A stretch of 64,000 nucleotides of DNA from an uncultured Clostridia bacterium (GTDB taxonomy: Bacteria; Bacillota; Clostridia; Oscillospirales; Ruminococcaceae), in contig CANRFB010000006.1 of assembly GCA_947629785.1 (NCBI GenBank), forward strand, positions 1,977-65,976, in the 5' to 3' direction. This document shows positions 17,969 through 27,890 of this stretch, one piece after another. The notes under the pieces were generated by a model, which had not been told where the DNA came from, made no database searches, and saw nothing but the letters and a program-made list of their open reading frames with translations. The position numbers and the translations under genes are program-made. Position 1 is the first letter of the stretch, and each line of letters begins with the position of its first letter.

Positions 17969-20257
17969 ATGGAAAACAAGCTTTCAAATAATATTCTGCT
18001 TGATAAGGAAGATAAGTTTCCTGCGGGAATATACGGCATTCCCCACGCGGAAAATATTCCCGCGGAACAGGAAACTATCGACCCTGTTACCGGATTATAC
18101 AATAAGAAATACGGCAGAATTGCCGCCATACGAATGGGTACGGATAACGGCGGGCAGCTGGTATTCTCCGCAGTTATCGGAATAATCAACTATGATACGC
18201 TTCTGAAAAACTACGGTCAGGCATTCTGCGACGCCCTTATCGAAGAAGCCGCCGTCATAATACGCAGCGCTTTCAATGACAAATGCGTTATTTACCGAAG
18301 CGCCGCGGACGAGTTCGTGGCGGTCGTTCTTACCGACAGCCGCGAGACCGCCGAACCTGTCATCAAGAAAATTATCACGGATATTGAAAATATCTACGCC
18401 GACAGCGGTATAACCATCGAATGTGCGGCAGGCGCAAATATCCGCACCGGCGATGACCATTTTGAAATACTTTCAAGAAAGACCCACCTTGCAGCCGAGA
18501 CTGCAAAGAGATTCCGCAGCAAGTACACGGGATTTGTTTTCTATGATGACGCGGAAAATGACGGTTACATCGCCCACGGCATGGGAAGTCTGCACCGTGA
18601 CGCGGAAATTAAGCCCGAAAAGCGCAATTCCGCCGATAATTCCGAATTGATTTCATTTGCCTTTAAAATATTTGAAAAAACTGCGGATTTTGACGCTGCG
18701 GTAAATGCGTTCATGTCCAGAGTGGGCAGAGTTCTCAACATGAACCGTATTCTTATATTTGATGTCAGTCACAGCTACTATACCATTAATATTGCCTATC
18801 AGTGGCATTCAAAGGAAATGGCGCCCATTGAAGCAAAAAAGTTCTCTCCCGACAAAACAAGATTTGAAATTATTGAAAGACGTATGCTGATGAATGATTT
18901 CCTGCCCTCCGACAGGGCGGCTTACGAAAAGTATGCCGTCAGCGAAAAGGGCGTTGTAAGCGGCGCGGGCGCGGCGTACTCTTTCCCGATGTTCAACGGC
19001 GAACATCTTATAGGCTGCACGGTCTTTGAACTGAACGACATCGCCGCGGACGAGGATATGCTCAGGTGTCTGAACAGGCTTACGGGTATAGTTTCCGCAC
19101 ATTACACAAAATCCAAAACAAGCCGCGAAAGCCGCGCAAAAAGCGAATTCCTCTCGAAAGTTTCCCACGAGATACGCACGCCTATGAACGTTATCATAGG
19201 CATGACGCAGATAGCGCTTTCGGGGGAGGGACTTTCTGCGGAAACGGCGGACTGCCTCCGCAAGATAGACCGCGCTTCACATTATCTGCTGTCCCTTATA
19301 AACGATATTCTGGATATGTCACGAATAGAAAGCGGCAAAATGACCGTTGAGGAAACTTATATAAACCTTGACGAACTTCTGGACGGCATTGACACGATGA
19401 TAAGAGTTCAGACGGACATGAAAAATATTTTCCTCAAAGTTGACAGGGATATTCCCCGGCCGCACCTTATGGGCGACCCGCTGAAACTCAATCAGATACT
19501 CATAAATATCATGGGCAACGCGGTGAAATTCACCTCCAAGGGCGGAATTACCCTTTCCATTTCCGAAAGCCCTGTATATTCCGCGGGAAAAACAGACGTT
19601 ACCTTTAAAATAACGGACACAGGCATCGGCATAAGCGAGGAAAGCATTGACAAGATATTCAACAGCTTTGAACAGGCGGACGAGAAAATAGCCCGCAAGT
19701 ACGGCGGAACAGGTCTGGGACTTTCCATAAGCAGCAGTCTTGTGGGACTTCTGGGCGGAAAACTTCAGGTAAAAAGCAAGCTTGGAGAGGGCACGGAATT
19801 TTTCTTTACTATCCCCATGAAAATAACCGTTCCCGCCGAAAACAAGGAACCCGTAAGCAGCGCGGAAATAGACTTTTCCGCAAAGCGTCTGCTTATCGCG
19901 GAGGACGATGAACTTAACCGCGAGATAATCGGAACGCTTCTCGGAAAACAGAATATCGCCGCGGAACTTGCGGAAAACGGCAAGGAAGCCCTTGAAATGT
20001 TTGAACGCTCCGAACCGGGATATTATGACGCCATTCTTATGGACATTCGTATGCCTGTCATGGACGGACTTGAAGCTTCCAAGAAGATACGGGAACTTTC
20101 CCGCCCCGACTCAAAACTCGTTCCCATTCTTGCAATGACCGCAAACGCTTTTGACGAGGACGCCCAACATTCGGCGGAGTGCGGAATGAACGGACATCTT
20201 ACCAAACCCATTGACATGAACAAGGTCATGGAAGCACTTGTACGGGTGCTTTCCTGA
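17969..20257 (+). CDS. hybrid sensor histidine kinase / response regulator with N-terminal degenerate GGDEF and GAF-like domains
   Basis: DPVTGLYNKKYG...YRSAADEFVAVV (GGDEF replaced by SAADEF). HisKA SEFLSKVSHEIRTPMN. HATPase GGTGLGLSIS. REC LLIAEDDELN...DAILMDIRMPVMDG...LTKP. Confidence 0.85.
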   Translation: MENKLSNNILLDKEDKFPAGIYGIPHAENIPAEQETIDPVTGLYNKKYGRIAAIRMGTDNGGQLVFSAVIGIINYDTLLKNYGQAFCDALIEEAAVIIRSAFNDKCVIYRSAADEFVAVVLTDSRETAEPVIKKIITDIENIYADSGITIECAAGANIRTGDDHFEILSRKTHLAAETAKRFRSKYTGFVFYDDAENDGYIAHGMGSLHRDAEIKPEKRNSADNSELISFAFKIFEKTADFDAAVNAFMSRVGRVLNMNRILIFDVSHSYYTINIAYQWHSKEMAPIEAKKFSPDKTRFEIIERRMLMNDFLPSDRAAYEKYAVSEKGVVSGAGAAYSFPMFNGEHLIGCTVFELNDIAADEDMLRCLNRLTGIVSAHYTKSKTSRESRAKSEFLSKVSHEIRTPMNVIIGMTQIALSGEGLSAETADCLRKIDRASHYLLSLINDILDMSRIESGKMTVEETYINLDELLDGIDTMIRVQTDMKNIFLKVDRDIPRPHLMGDPLKLNQILINIMGNAVKFTSKGGITLSISESPVYSAGKTDVTFKITDTGIGISEESIDKIFNSFEQADEKIARKYGGTGLGLSISSSLVGLLGGKLQVKSKLGEGTEFFFTIPMKITVPAENKEPVSSAEIDFSAKRLLIAEDDELNREIIGTLLGKQNIAAELAENGKEALEMFERSEPGYYDAILMDIRMPVMDGLEASKKIRELSRPDSKLVPILAMTANAFDEDAQHSAECGMNGHLTKPIDMNKVMEALVRVLS

Positions 20258-20274
20258 ACGGAAAAGGAAGTTAT

Positions 20275-21153
20275 ATGCAGCCGAAAATAAGCCGCAAAAC
20301 CGCGGCAGTTCTGCTTATGATACTTTCCGCACTGAGTTTCACGGGAATGAATGCCTGCGTTCGCATAGCGGGAGACCTGCCAACTGTTCAGAAAGCGTTT
20401 TTCAGGAATTTCGTGGCGGCGATATTCGCGGTAATAATGCTTATCCGAAGTCACACGCCCATAAGAATACAGCAGGGCTGCAAAATTCCAATGATAATGC
20501 GCGCCGTCTGCGGAACAATAGGCGTTCTCTGCAACTTCTACGCAGTCGACAATCTCGACCTTGCGGACGCTTCGATGCTGAATAAGCTTTCCCCGTTCTT
20601 TGCGGTGATTTTTTCCATGATCATCCTTAAAGAAAAGACTTCGCCGATACAGATAATTACCATAATAATGGCATTTACAGGAAGTCTTTTCATAATCCGA
20701 CCGACGTTTTCAAACATGGAACTTATCCCGTCGCTGATAGGTTTTACAGGAGGAATGGGCGCAGGCGCGGCGTACACTTTTGTCAGATATATGAAACAGC
20801 GTGGCGAGAAAAGCGCCATGATAGTGCTTTTCTTTTCCATGTTTTCATGTCTGGTGACTCTGCCGTTTATGATAGCGGGATTTGTACCCATGAACGGAAT
20901 ACAGCTGCTTACGCTTTTGCTGGCGGGGCTTTTTGCGGCAGGCGGACAGTTTGCCATAACGGGCGCATATGCTTTCGCCCCCGCAAAGGAAGTTTCGGTA
21001 TACGACTACTCGCAGGTGATATTCTCGGCAATAACGGGATTTCTTCTGTTTGAGCAAATTCCCTCGGCGCTTAGTTTTATAGGATATTTCATAATAATTT
21101 CCGCGGCGGTATGGACGTTTGTCAGGCCGCAGGACAAAGGAGGAGAAAAATGA
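20275..21153 (+). CDS. DMT superfamily (EamA-like) transporter
   Basis: 10 predicted TM helices, two EamA repeats, 292 aa. Confidence 0.85.
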   Translation: MQPKISRKTAAVLLMILSALSFTGMNACVRIAGDLPTVQKAFFRNFVAAIFAVIMLIRSHTPIRIQQGCKIPMIMRAVCGTIGVLCNFYAVDNLDLADASMLNKLSPFFAVIFSMIILKEKTSPIQIITIIMAFTGSLFIIRPTFSNMELIPSLIGFTGGMGAGAAYTFVRYMKQRGEKSAMIVLFFSMFSCLVTLPFMIAGFVPMNGIQLLTLLLAGLFAAGGQFAITGAYAFAPAKEVSVYDYSQVIFSAITGFLLFEQIPSALSFIGYFIIISAAVWTFVRPQDKGGEK

Positions 21154-21575
21154 GTTTTTTCAGGAAACTTTTCGGCGGGAATCCCGACAGCGAAAACAAT
21201 ATTCCCGAAATCGAAGAAGAACCCTTTATCAAACCCTATGATTTCTATGTTGAAGCGGACAACAGGCACAGCGCGGAGAAAACCTTTGAGACGGAACGCC
21301 CCCAGAGCGTGGATATTCTCCAAGTTCTTGACGAAATGGAACTTGCATTCGATATTATAAACGACTTCGGCGTAAGGCGGAAACTGAAAAAACTTTACTC
21401 CGAACTGGCTTTTGAAATTGACGAATATATTTCATACGCGGGCGGACGTTCCGCGGACTCGTTCGCAACTGAGGAAATTGACGATTCGGTATATGAAATT
21501 CATGCCGCAATTTCAAGGAAAGACGACGATTCGCCGTTTGAAGTGACAATACGCATTTCGGAAGATCAGGAGTGA
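21150..21575 (+). CDS. hypothetical acidic protein (141 aa)
   Basis: ATG 21150 follows GGAGGAG and overlaps the EamA stop (ATGA). No recognisable domain. Confidence 0.55.
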   Translation: MSFFRKLFGGNPDSENNIPEIEEEPFIKPYDFYVEADNRHSAEKTFETERPQSVDILQVLDEMELAFDIINDFGVRRKLKKLYSELAFEIDEYISYAGGRSADSFATEEIDDSVYEIHAAISRKDDDSPFEVTIRISEDQE

Positions 21576-21581
21576 TAAATT

Positions 21582-23303
21582 ATGGCTCTGGACGGAGCTT
21601 TTCTCAGCATTGTAAAGGACGAACTCTCGCCGCTTATCGGCGGGCGCGTAGATAAAATTTCCCAGCCGTCCCGGGAGGAGATACTTATTGCTTTCCGAAC
21701 CAAAGGCGGCACGGAAAAGCTGTTCATTTCAGCGTCGGCGGGTTCGGCAAGAGTACACATTACCAAAAAGAACATTGAAAATCCAAAAGTTCCGCCGATG
21801 TTCTGTATGCTTCTTCGGAAACATCTGGGGAACGGCAGGCTTTTAAATATCCGTCAGGACGGTCTGGAACGCATTCTTTACTTTGATTTTGAAGCTTCCA
21901 CCGAGCTTGGCGACATGACAAACATTACCGCCGCAGTGGAAATAATGGGGCGATGTTCAAATTTAGTGCTTATAAACTCCGAGGGGAGAATTATCGACAG
22001 CATAAAGCGTGTAGACGCGGAAATGTCCCGCGAAAGAATGGTTCTGCCGAACATGGTATATTCCGTTCCGCCCCGCGGGGACAGGCTTGACTTCCGAAGC
22101 TGCACAAAGGAAGATATTCTGAAAATTTCGGAAACAATGCCCGAAGCGGAACTTTCAAAACACCTTATACGCATATTTGAGGGCATTTCCCCTATTGTTG
22201 CCCGCGAATGGACAGACGCCGCTTCGGGCGGCGCGGACGTTTCCAAAAGCGACCTGCACGGCGGACTTCTTGACAGGCTTTTCGGCGAGATAGAAAAATC
22301 CCGCGCGGAACGGGATTTCACCGCCGTCAAGGACAAGGAGGGAATGTTAAAGGACTTCTCCTTTATAAATATCCGCCAGTACGGAAATCTGATGGACACG
22401 GTGAAATTCCCCTCCGCCTGCGAACTTCTGGATAATTTCTATGAGGAGCGGGACAGCGTTTCGCGAATGAAACAGCGTTCGCAGGACTTGTATAAACTTC
22501 TCACAAGCACTTCGGAACGTATTGCAAGACGTCTTGCAAATCAGCGGGAAGAATTAAAAACTTCCGCCGACAGGGAAAAATTCAAGCTGTACGGCGATCT
22601 GCTTTCCGCAAATCTTTACAGGCTCGAAAAGGGCATGGGCAGCGTGACGGTGGAGAATTACTTTGAGGAAAATTCCCCGCAAATTACCATAAAGCTCGAC
22701 CCGCGGCTCTCCCCCTCAAAAAATATGCAGAAATATTACGGCGAGTACCGCAAAGCCGACACTGCCGAAAAAATTCTCACCGAGCAGATCGCAAAGGGCG
22801 AGGAAGAACTTGCCTACATTGACAGCGTTTTTGACGCCCTTACCCGCACGAACAGCGAGGACGAGGTGAACGAACTCCGCGCGGAACTTTCGGAACAGGG
22901 ATATATCCGCTCCGCAAAGATAAAGAGCAAGCTTCCCAAAAGCCGTCCGCCGCTGGAATTCATTTCGCCTGACGGGTTCACCATTCTTGTGGGGCGGAAC
23001 AACAAGCAGAACGATCAGCTTACCACAAAACTTGCGGACAAGTCCGACATATGGCTCCATGTGAAGAACATAACAGGTTCCCACGTTATCATACGGACAG
23101 GCGGAAAGGAAGTTCCCGAAGAAACCATACGCTACGCGGCGGGGATAGCGGCATTCCACAGCAGAGCGAAAAATTCCTCGCAAGTGCCCGTGGACTACGT
23201 TCCGGTAAAACTTGTCAGAAAGCCCGCAGGTTCAAAGCCCGGAATGGTGATATTCACGGGAAACAGGACGATTTACGTCACGCCCATAGACCCGTATAAA
23301 TAA
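21582..23303 (+). CDS. rqcH: ribosome quality control protein RqcH (NFACT / FbpA family)
   Basis: N-terminal NFACT-N MALDGAFLSIVKDELSPLIGGRVDKISQP, coiled-coil middle, C-terminal NFACT-R (GFTILVGRNNKQNDQLT...DIWLHVKNITGSHVII). Confidence 0.85.
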   Translation: MALDGAFLSIVKDELSPLIGGRVDKISQPSREEILIAFRTKGGTEKLFISASAGSARVHITKKNIENPKVPPMFCMLLRKHLGNGRLLNIRQDGLERILYFDFEASTELGDMTNITAAVEIMGRCSNLVLINSEGRIIDSIKRVDAEMSRERMVLPNMVYSVPPRGDRLDFRSCTKEDILKISETMPEAELSKHLIRIFEGISPIVAREWTDAASGGADVSKSDLHGGLLDRLFGEIEKSRAERDFTAVKDKEGMLKDFSFINIRQYGNLMDTVKFPSACELLDNFYEERDSVSRMKQRSQDLYKLLTSTSERIARRLANQREELKTSADREKFKLYGDLLSANLYRLEKGMGSVTVENYFEENSPQITIKLDPRLSPSKNMQKYYGEYRKADTAEKILTEQIAKGEEELAYIDSVFDALTRTNSEDEVNELRAELSEQGYIRSAKIKSKLPKSRPPLEFISPDGFTILVGRNNKQNDQLTTKLADKSDIWLHVKNITGSHVIIRTGGKEVPEETIRYAAGIAAFHSRAKNSSQVPVDYVPVKLVRKPAGSKPGMVIFTGNRTIYVTPIDPYK

Positions 23304-23350
23304 TTTAAACAAAAGATTTAGTGGAATATAACAAAATTTACGAATATATA

Positions 23351-23379
23351 TTGATTTTTCAGTAACATTGTGCTATAAT
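23351..23379 (+). promoter_or_regulatory. sigma-A promoter of the chemoreceptor gene
   Basis: TTGATT, 17 nt, TG-c-TATAAT (23374-23379). Confidence 0.55.
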
Positions 23380-23419
23380 AGTCTTTGTAAAATTTTTACC
23401 CTCAAAGGAGGAGAACATT

Positions 23420-25402
23420 TTGAAAAATATTGGTCTCGGAAAGAAGATAGTGTGGATCGTCATCGCACTTATGGGAATTTCTCAGCTTACGTTGGGAGTT
23501 ACTTCCTGCGTAATGGCATACAACTCTTCAAAGAATCTTGCAAGAGATGTAATGCTTGAATTTGCCAAGGAAGCCACAAGCAGAACTACATGGGAACTTC
23601 AGGCATATTCAAATATTGCCGCCGATATGGGCGCAATGTCAAGATTATCCGATGAAAGCGTACCCGCCGCGGATAAACAGGCTATACTGGATAATAAGAC
23701 CGCCCAGTACGGTTTGCAGAGGTGCAACCTTATCGACGCGCAGGGCAACGGCATTGACGGTAACAATTACAGCGACCGCGAATATTTTCAGGCGGCGATG
23801 CAGGGCAGGGCTCTTATTTCTGAACCCCTTGTATCAAAGGTAACGGGAAAGCTTACCATTATAGTTGCAGCGCCTTTGTGGAAAAACGGCGAAGCAAATT
23901 CCGAACCTGTAGGCTGCGTTTATGTTGTCCCCGATGAGGAATTCCTCAATGAAATTATAAGAGATATAAAGGTCAGCGCAAACAGCGACGCATACATAAT
24001 TGACGCAAACGGCAACACCATTGCCGCCGCTGACATTGAGACTATAAAGAACGGCGAAAACATCGAAACTCTTGCCGAAACGGACAGCACTTACAAGGAA
24101 GCTGCCGCAATACAGGCTCTTGCAAGGAACGGCGAAACAGGCAACAAGGCTATAGGTCCTTATACGTCAAGAATGTATATGTCCTATCATCCCATAGAAT
24201 CGGATATAATAAACGACTGGTCGCTTATAGTTTACGCCCCCGTGGAAGATTTCCTCGGAGGAACATACAAAGTGATCTACTTTACGGCGATAGTTTTCAT
24301 TGTCGCTCTGGGAGTTTCCGTATTCGTTGCTCTTAAAATGGGCTTCGGCATCGGCAAACCAGTTCGCCTTTGCGCGGAACGTATCGAACGGCTCGCAAGC
24401 GGCGACCTTACAAGTCCTATTCCCGATGTAAGGCGCAGCGACGAGATCGGAACGCTTTCGGAAGCCACGAACACCGTTGTTTCCAAGCTGAACTTCATGA
24501 TAAGCGATATGCGGCGCGTTCTTGAAGCCATGGCGGATGGCGATCTGAGCGTTGACACTTCGGAAGGCATAAACTACTATTCCGGAGATTTTGAAAAGCT
24601 TCACAGCTGCTTGGAAGAAATAAACAGCAAGTTAAACGGAACAATGTCCAGAATAAACGATTCCGCGGATCAGGTCTCCGCAAGCGCGGAACAGGTCGCG
24701 GACGGAGCGCAGGCACTTTCCGCAGGCGCTACCGAGCAGGCTTCGTCTATTGAAGAACTGGCGGCTACAATACATACGATTTCAAGTCAGGTAACGCTCA
24801 ATTCCGAAAACTGCGAAAATGCCCGCGTTATTGTCAAGGAAACAGCCAACTATGTTGCAAGTGCAAATGACGAAATGGAACGTCTCACTTCCGCTATGAA
24901 CGACATAAACGAAACTTCCGCAAAGATAAGCAACATCATCAAAGCCATCGAGGATATTGCTTTCCAGACAAATATTCTTGCTCTTAACGCCGCTGTAGAA
25001 GCTGCAAGAGCGGGCGAAGCAGGCAAGGGATTTGCAGTAGTTGCAGACGAAGTAAGGAATCTTGCTTCCAAATCCGCCGAAGCTGCCAAGGACACCACCA
25101 CTCTTATCGAACAGTCCATTTCCGCAGTTGAAAACGGCACCGCCATCGCAGCACAGACTGCTTCCGCAATGACAAGCGTGGGCGAAAGAACGGCTTCCGT
25201 TGAGGATATTGTTGACAAGATCGCTTCCGCAAGCGAACAGCAGGCGGATATGATCGAACAGGTCACAACAGGCGTGGAGCAGATCTCCGGCGTTGTTCAG
25301 AACAATTCCGCAACGGCAGAACAGAGCGCGGCTTCCGCAGAGGAACTTTCCAGTCAGGCAACGCTGCTTAAAGAACTGATGAACGCATTTGCTTTAAAAT
25401 AA
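23420..25402 (+). CDS. methyl-accepting chemotaxis protein (Cache-type sensor, HAMP, MCP signalling domain)
   Basis: TTG start after AGGAGGAG. Two TMs flank a roughly 250-aa periplasmic domain. Highly conserved hairpin region [40 protein letters not shown]. Confidence 0.9.
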   Translation: MKNIGLGKKIVWIVIALMGISQLTLGVTSCVMAYNSSKNLARDVMLEFAKEATSRTTWELQAYSNIAADMGAMSRLSDESVPAADKQAILDNKTAQYGLQRCNLIDAQGNGIDGNNYSDREYFQAAMQGRALISEPLVSKVTGKLTIIVAAPLWKNGEANSEPVGCVYVVPDEEFLNEIIRDIKVSANSDAYIIDANGNTIAAADIETIKNGENIETLAETDSTYKEAAAIQALARNGETGNKAIGPYTSRMYMSYHPIESDIINDWSLIVYAPVEDFLGGTYKVIYFTAIVFIVALGVSVFVALKMGFGIGKPVRLCAERIERLASGDLTSPIPDVRRSDEIGTLSEATNTVVSKLNFMISDMRRVLEAMADGDLSVDTSEGINYYSGDFEKLHSCLEEINSKLNGTMSRINDSADQVSASAEQVADGAQALSAGATEQASSIEELAATIHTISSQVTLNSENCENARVIVKETANYVASANDEMERLTSAMNDINETSAKISNIIKAIEDIAFQTNILALNAAVEAARAGEAGKGFAVVADEVRNLASKSAEAAKDTTTLIEQSISAVENGTAIAAQTASAMTSVGERTASVEDIVDKIASASEQQADMIEQVTTGVEQISGVVQNNSATAEQSAASAEELSSQATLLKELMNAFALK

Positions 25403-25433
25403 TTCCCGCGGAATGTAATATTTCCGAAAACGG

Positions 25434-25472
25434 TTGACAAACTAATAAAAATATGTTATAACTAAGTTATAA
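25434..25472 (+). promoter_or_regulatory. promoter of the rubredoxin-flavodiiron operon with overlapping 7-3-7 inverted repeat (candidate operator)
   Basis: TTGACA (25434-25439), 17 nt, TG-t-TATAAC (25457-25462). Inverted repeat TTATAAC-TAA-GTTATAA at 25456-25472. Confidence 0.5.
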
Positions 25473-25499
25473 TTTTAACCACGAAAAGGAGATTTTGTT

Positions 25500-25655
25500 A
25501 TGGATAAGTACGAATGCCCCTGCTCTTACGTTTATGACGAGGCTAAAGGCGATCCCGACGGCGGAATTGCTCCCGGCACAAAGTGGGAGGATATTCCCGA
25601 CGATTGGTGCTGCCCCGTTTGCGGACTCAGCAAAAGCGAATTTACAAAAATATGA
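25500..25655 (+). CDS. rubredoxin (51 aa, unannotated in ORF track)
   Basis: AAGGAG 8 nt upstream. [51 protein letters not shown] matches the rubredoxin pattern (YxYD..GDP..GIxPGTxxEDIPDDWxCPxCG). Confidence 0.8.
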   Translation: MDKYECPCSYVYDEAKGDPDGGIAPGTKWEDIPDDWCCPVCGLSKSEFTKI

Positions 25656-25711
25656 CAGTAAGGCGGCTTTCCGTTTATGCGGATCGCCGCCAAACTTTGG
25701 AGGAAATTCTT

Positions 25712-26896
25712 ATGGTAAAGCTTAAAGACGATATTTACTATGTCGGTGCTATAAACCCCAATCTCAGGGTTTTCGACATAATTATGAAAACCGATTACGG
25801 AACGACTTACAATTCCTACCTTATCCGCAGCGAAAAGACCGCTCTCGTGGAAACCGTTCACGACCGCTACGGCGAAGTTATGATGGACAATATCCGTGAA
25901 ATATGCGATCCGTCCGAAATTGATTACGTTATTTTCAACCACACCGAACCGGATCACAGCGGTTCTATAGAAAAGATCATTCAGGCTAATCCGGAAGTAG
26001 TCATTGTCGGTTCGGCTGCGGCGATAAAGAATATTTCCAACGTCTCCAACAGAAGCGATTTCAAGAGCATGACCGTCAAGAACGGCGACACTCTTGACCT
26101 TGGCAAAGGCATGGTGATGGAATTCATTTCCGCACCCAATCTCCACTGGCCTGACAGCATTTTCTCCTATCTGCCGTCCAAGAAAACCGTATTTACCTGC
26201 GATTTCCTCGGCGCGCATTACTGCGAACCGCTTATTACCGACGATGTTATAACCTATCCGCAGGAATACGAGGCGGCTCTTGCTTACTACTATAAAGCAA
26301 TTTTCGGACCGTTCCCGAAATTTGTTCAGGACGGTCTTGCAAAACTCAGACCTCTTGATTTTGACATGGTTTGCTGTTCTCACGGTCCGGTTCTGAAAAA
26401 CGGTTACAAGCACGCTATGGAAATGTACGGCAAGTGGGCAGTTCCCGAAGCGCCTAAAGGCACGGCGGCTATACTGTACGTTTCCGCTTACGGTTACACC
26501 CAAGCAGCCGCGGAACGCTATGCAAAGAAGCTCGAAAGCTGCGGCATTTCCGTAAAATGCCTGAACATCATCAAGCATGACCCTTCCGAAATTGCAGAGG
26601 CGATCTCAGGTGCGGCAGGACTGGTATTCGGTTCGCCGACCATCAACAGGGACGCTCTGAAACCCGTATGGGACGTTATGTCCTCAATTGACGCCATAAC
26701 CAACAAGGGAAAGCCTTTCGCGGTAATAGGTTCATACGGTTGGAGCGGTGAAGCCTGCGCCATGCTGGATTCCCGCGGTCAAGGACTGGGGCTGAAAAAG
26801 ATCCACGAGCCTTACAGATGGCTTATGAAACCCTCCGAAACCGATTTTGCGGAAATTGACAAGCTTGCGGAACAATTCGCAGAAGCACTGAAATAA
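25712..26896 (+). CDS. flavodiiron protein (FprA-type O2/NO reductase: metallo-beta-lactamase-like plus flavodoxin domains)
   Basis: ATG 25712 after GGAGGA. Di-iron motif NHTEPDHSGS. C-terminal flavodoxin-like AAILYVSAYGYT...GSPTINRD. The listed ORF start 25583 overlaps rubredoxin in another frame. Confidence 0.88.
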   Translation: MVKLKDDIYYVGAINPNLRVFDIIMKTDYGTTYNSYLIRSEKTALVETVHDRYGEVMMDNIREICDPSEIDYVIFNHTEPDHSGSIEKIIQANPEVVIVGSAAAIKNISNVSNRSDFKSMTVKNGDTLDLGKGMVMEFISAPNLHWPDSIFSYLPSKKTVFTCDFLGAHYCEPLITDDVITYPQEYEAALAYYYKAIFGPFPKFVQDGLAKLRPLDFDMVCCSHGPVLKNGYKHAMEMYGKWAVPEAPKGTAAILYVSAYGYTQAAAERYAKKLESCGISVKCLNIIKHDPSEIAEAISGAAGLVFGSPTINRDALKPVWDVMSSIDAITNKGKPFAVIGSYGWSGEACAMLDSRGQGLGLKKIHEPYRWLMKPSETDFAEIDKLAEQFAEALK

Positions 26897-26900
26897 ACCA

Positions 26901-26928
26901 CGGGGAGCGTTCGCTCCCCGATTTTTTT
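26901..26928 (+). terminator. intrinsic terminator of the rubredoxin-FDP operon
   Basis: CGGGGAGCG / CGCTCCCCG hairpin followed by ATTTTTTT. Confidence 0.7.
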
Positions 26929-27014
26929 GCGGACAAAAGATATTCCCAAATAAATTTATTATAAATGGAATAATTCACCCAAATCAGGCAAAACTATGCT
27001 TGAGGTGAAAATTT

Positions 27015-27776
27015 ATGAGTAATTCCAAGTTCAGAATTGGCAATCTTTCCGGAAAAGGTCTGATAATTGCCGCAGGAATATGTATCCTTGCCGTGGGCGC
27101 TGCCGGATATTATTCCTACACCACAATTTCCGACAGGTTAAATGCCGAGCTTATCGGAAACAACAGCGGTACATTGTCAGCGGAATCGGATAAGGACAAC
27201 GCTGCCGACACACCTGTAGACATCGGTCAGACAAATGTCAGAAAGCCCGAAACCGCCCCCGTTACTACGGTTACCGAACCTCCCGCGGAATCCGCAGCCG
27301 TTACAACGCAAGTTCCGAAAGAAACCGAAGTTCCCGAAACGACGACTGCCGACGTTCCCTCTGCAATGGTAAGACCGCTTAACGGCGAAGTCCTAAACAT
27401 CTTCTCCGACGGTGAACTGGTGAAATCCAAGACCCTTAACGTCTGGAAAACCCATGACGGCGTAGATATTGCAGGCGAACCGGGTGAAAAAGTAAAGAGC
27501 ATGACGGGCGGAACTGTAAAGACCGTCTGCGAAGATCAGCTTATGGGCGTCTGCGTTGTCATTGACCACGGAAACGGTCTTGAGGGCTGGTACTGCAATC
27601 TTGAAAAGGACGTTCCCGTTGCCGAGGGGCAGAAAGTTTCGGCGGGAACAATTATAGGCACTGTGGGAAACACCGCCGAAGGCGAAATAAGCGAGGACTC
27701 TCACCTGCATTTTGCCGTAAAGAAAAACGGTGACTGGATCGACCCCATCGCTCTTATTTCGGGCGAGGGAAGCTGA
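27015..27776 (+). CDS. membrane-anchored M23/LytM metallopeptidase (SpoIIQ-like architecture)
   Basis: N-terminal TM, Thr/Pro/Glu-rich linker, LytM domain with HxxxD (THDGVD) and HxH (SHLHF) intact. Confidence 0.8.
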   Translation: MSNSKFRIGNLSGKGLIIAAGICILAVGAAGYYSYTTISDRLNAELIGNNSGTLSAESDKDNAADTPVDIGQTNVRKPETAPVTTVTEPPAESAAVTTQVPKETEVPETTTADVPSAMVRPLNGEVLNIFSDGELVKSKTLNVWKTHDGVDIAGEPGEKVKSMTGGTVKTVCEDQLMGVCVVIDHGNGLEGWYCNLEKDVPVAEGQKVSAGTIIGTVGNTAEGEISEDSHLHFAVKKNGDWIDPIALISGEGS

Positions 27777-27790
27777 TGTTTTCCGAAAAA

Positions 27791-27830
27791 ACCGGACTTT
27801 CGTTCTGCACGGAAGTCCGGTTGACTTTTT
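27791..27830 (+). terminator. intrinsic terminator after the M23 peptidase gene
   Basis: 11-bp stem ACCGGACTTTC / GGAAGTCCGGT, with a T-run after 4 nt. It overlaps the next -35. Confidence 0.6.
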
Positions 27831-27848
27831 TATGAAATATGGTATAAT
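27821..27848 (+). promoter_or_regulatory. sigma-A promoter of the transglutaminase-GH43 unit
   Basis: TTGACT, 16 nt, TATAAT (27843-27848). Confidence 0.5.
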
Positions 27849-27890
27849 TGTATTTATAATACCTCAGATTTCCGCGAAAGGAGGAAGCCT

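Noticed and set aside
26930-27014. SigF/SigG-type forespore promoter upstream of the SpoIIQ-like M23 peptidase (GGAATAATT).
   Set aside because: It matches only part of the GGnnAnAnT -10 pattern and has no convincing -35. This is not enough to call.
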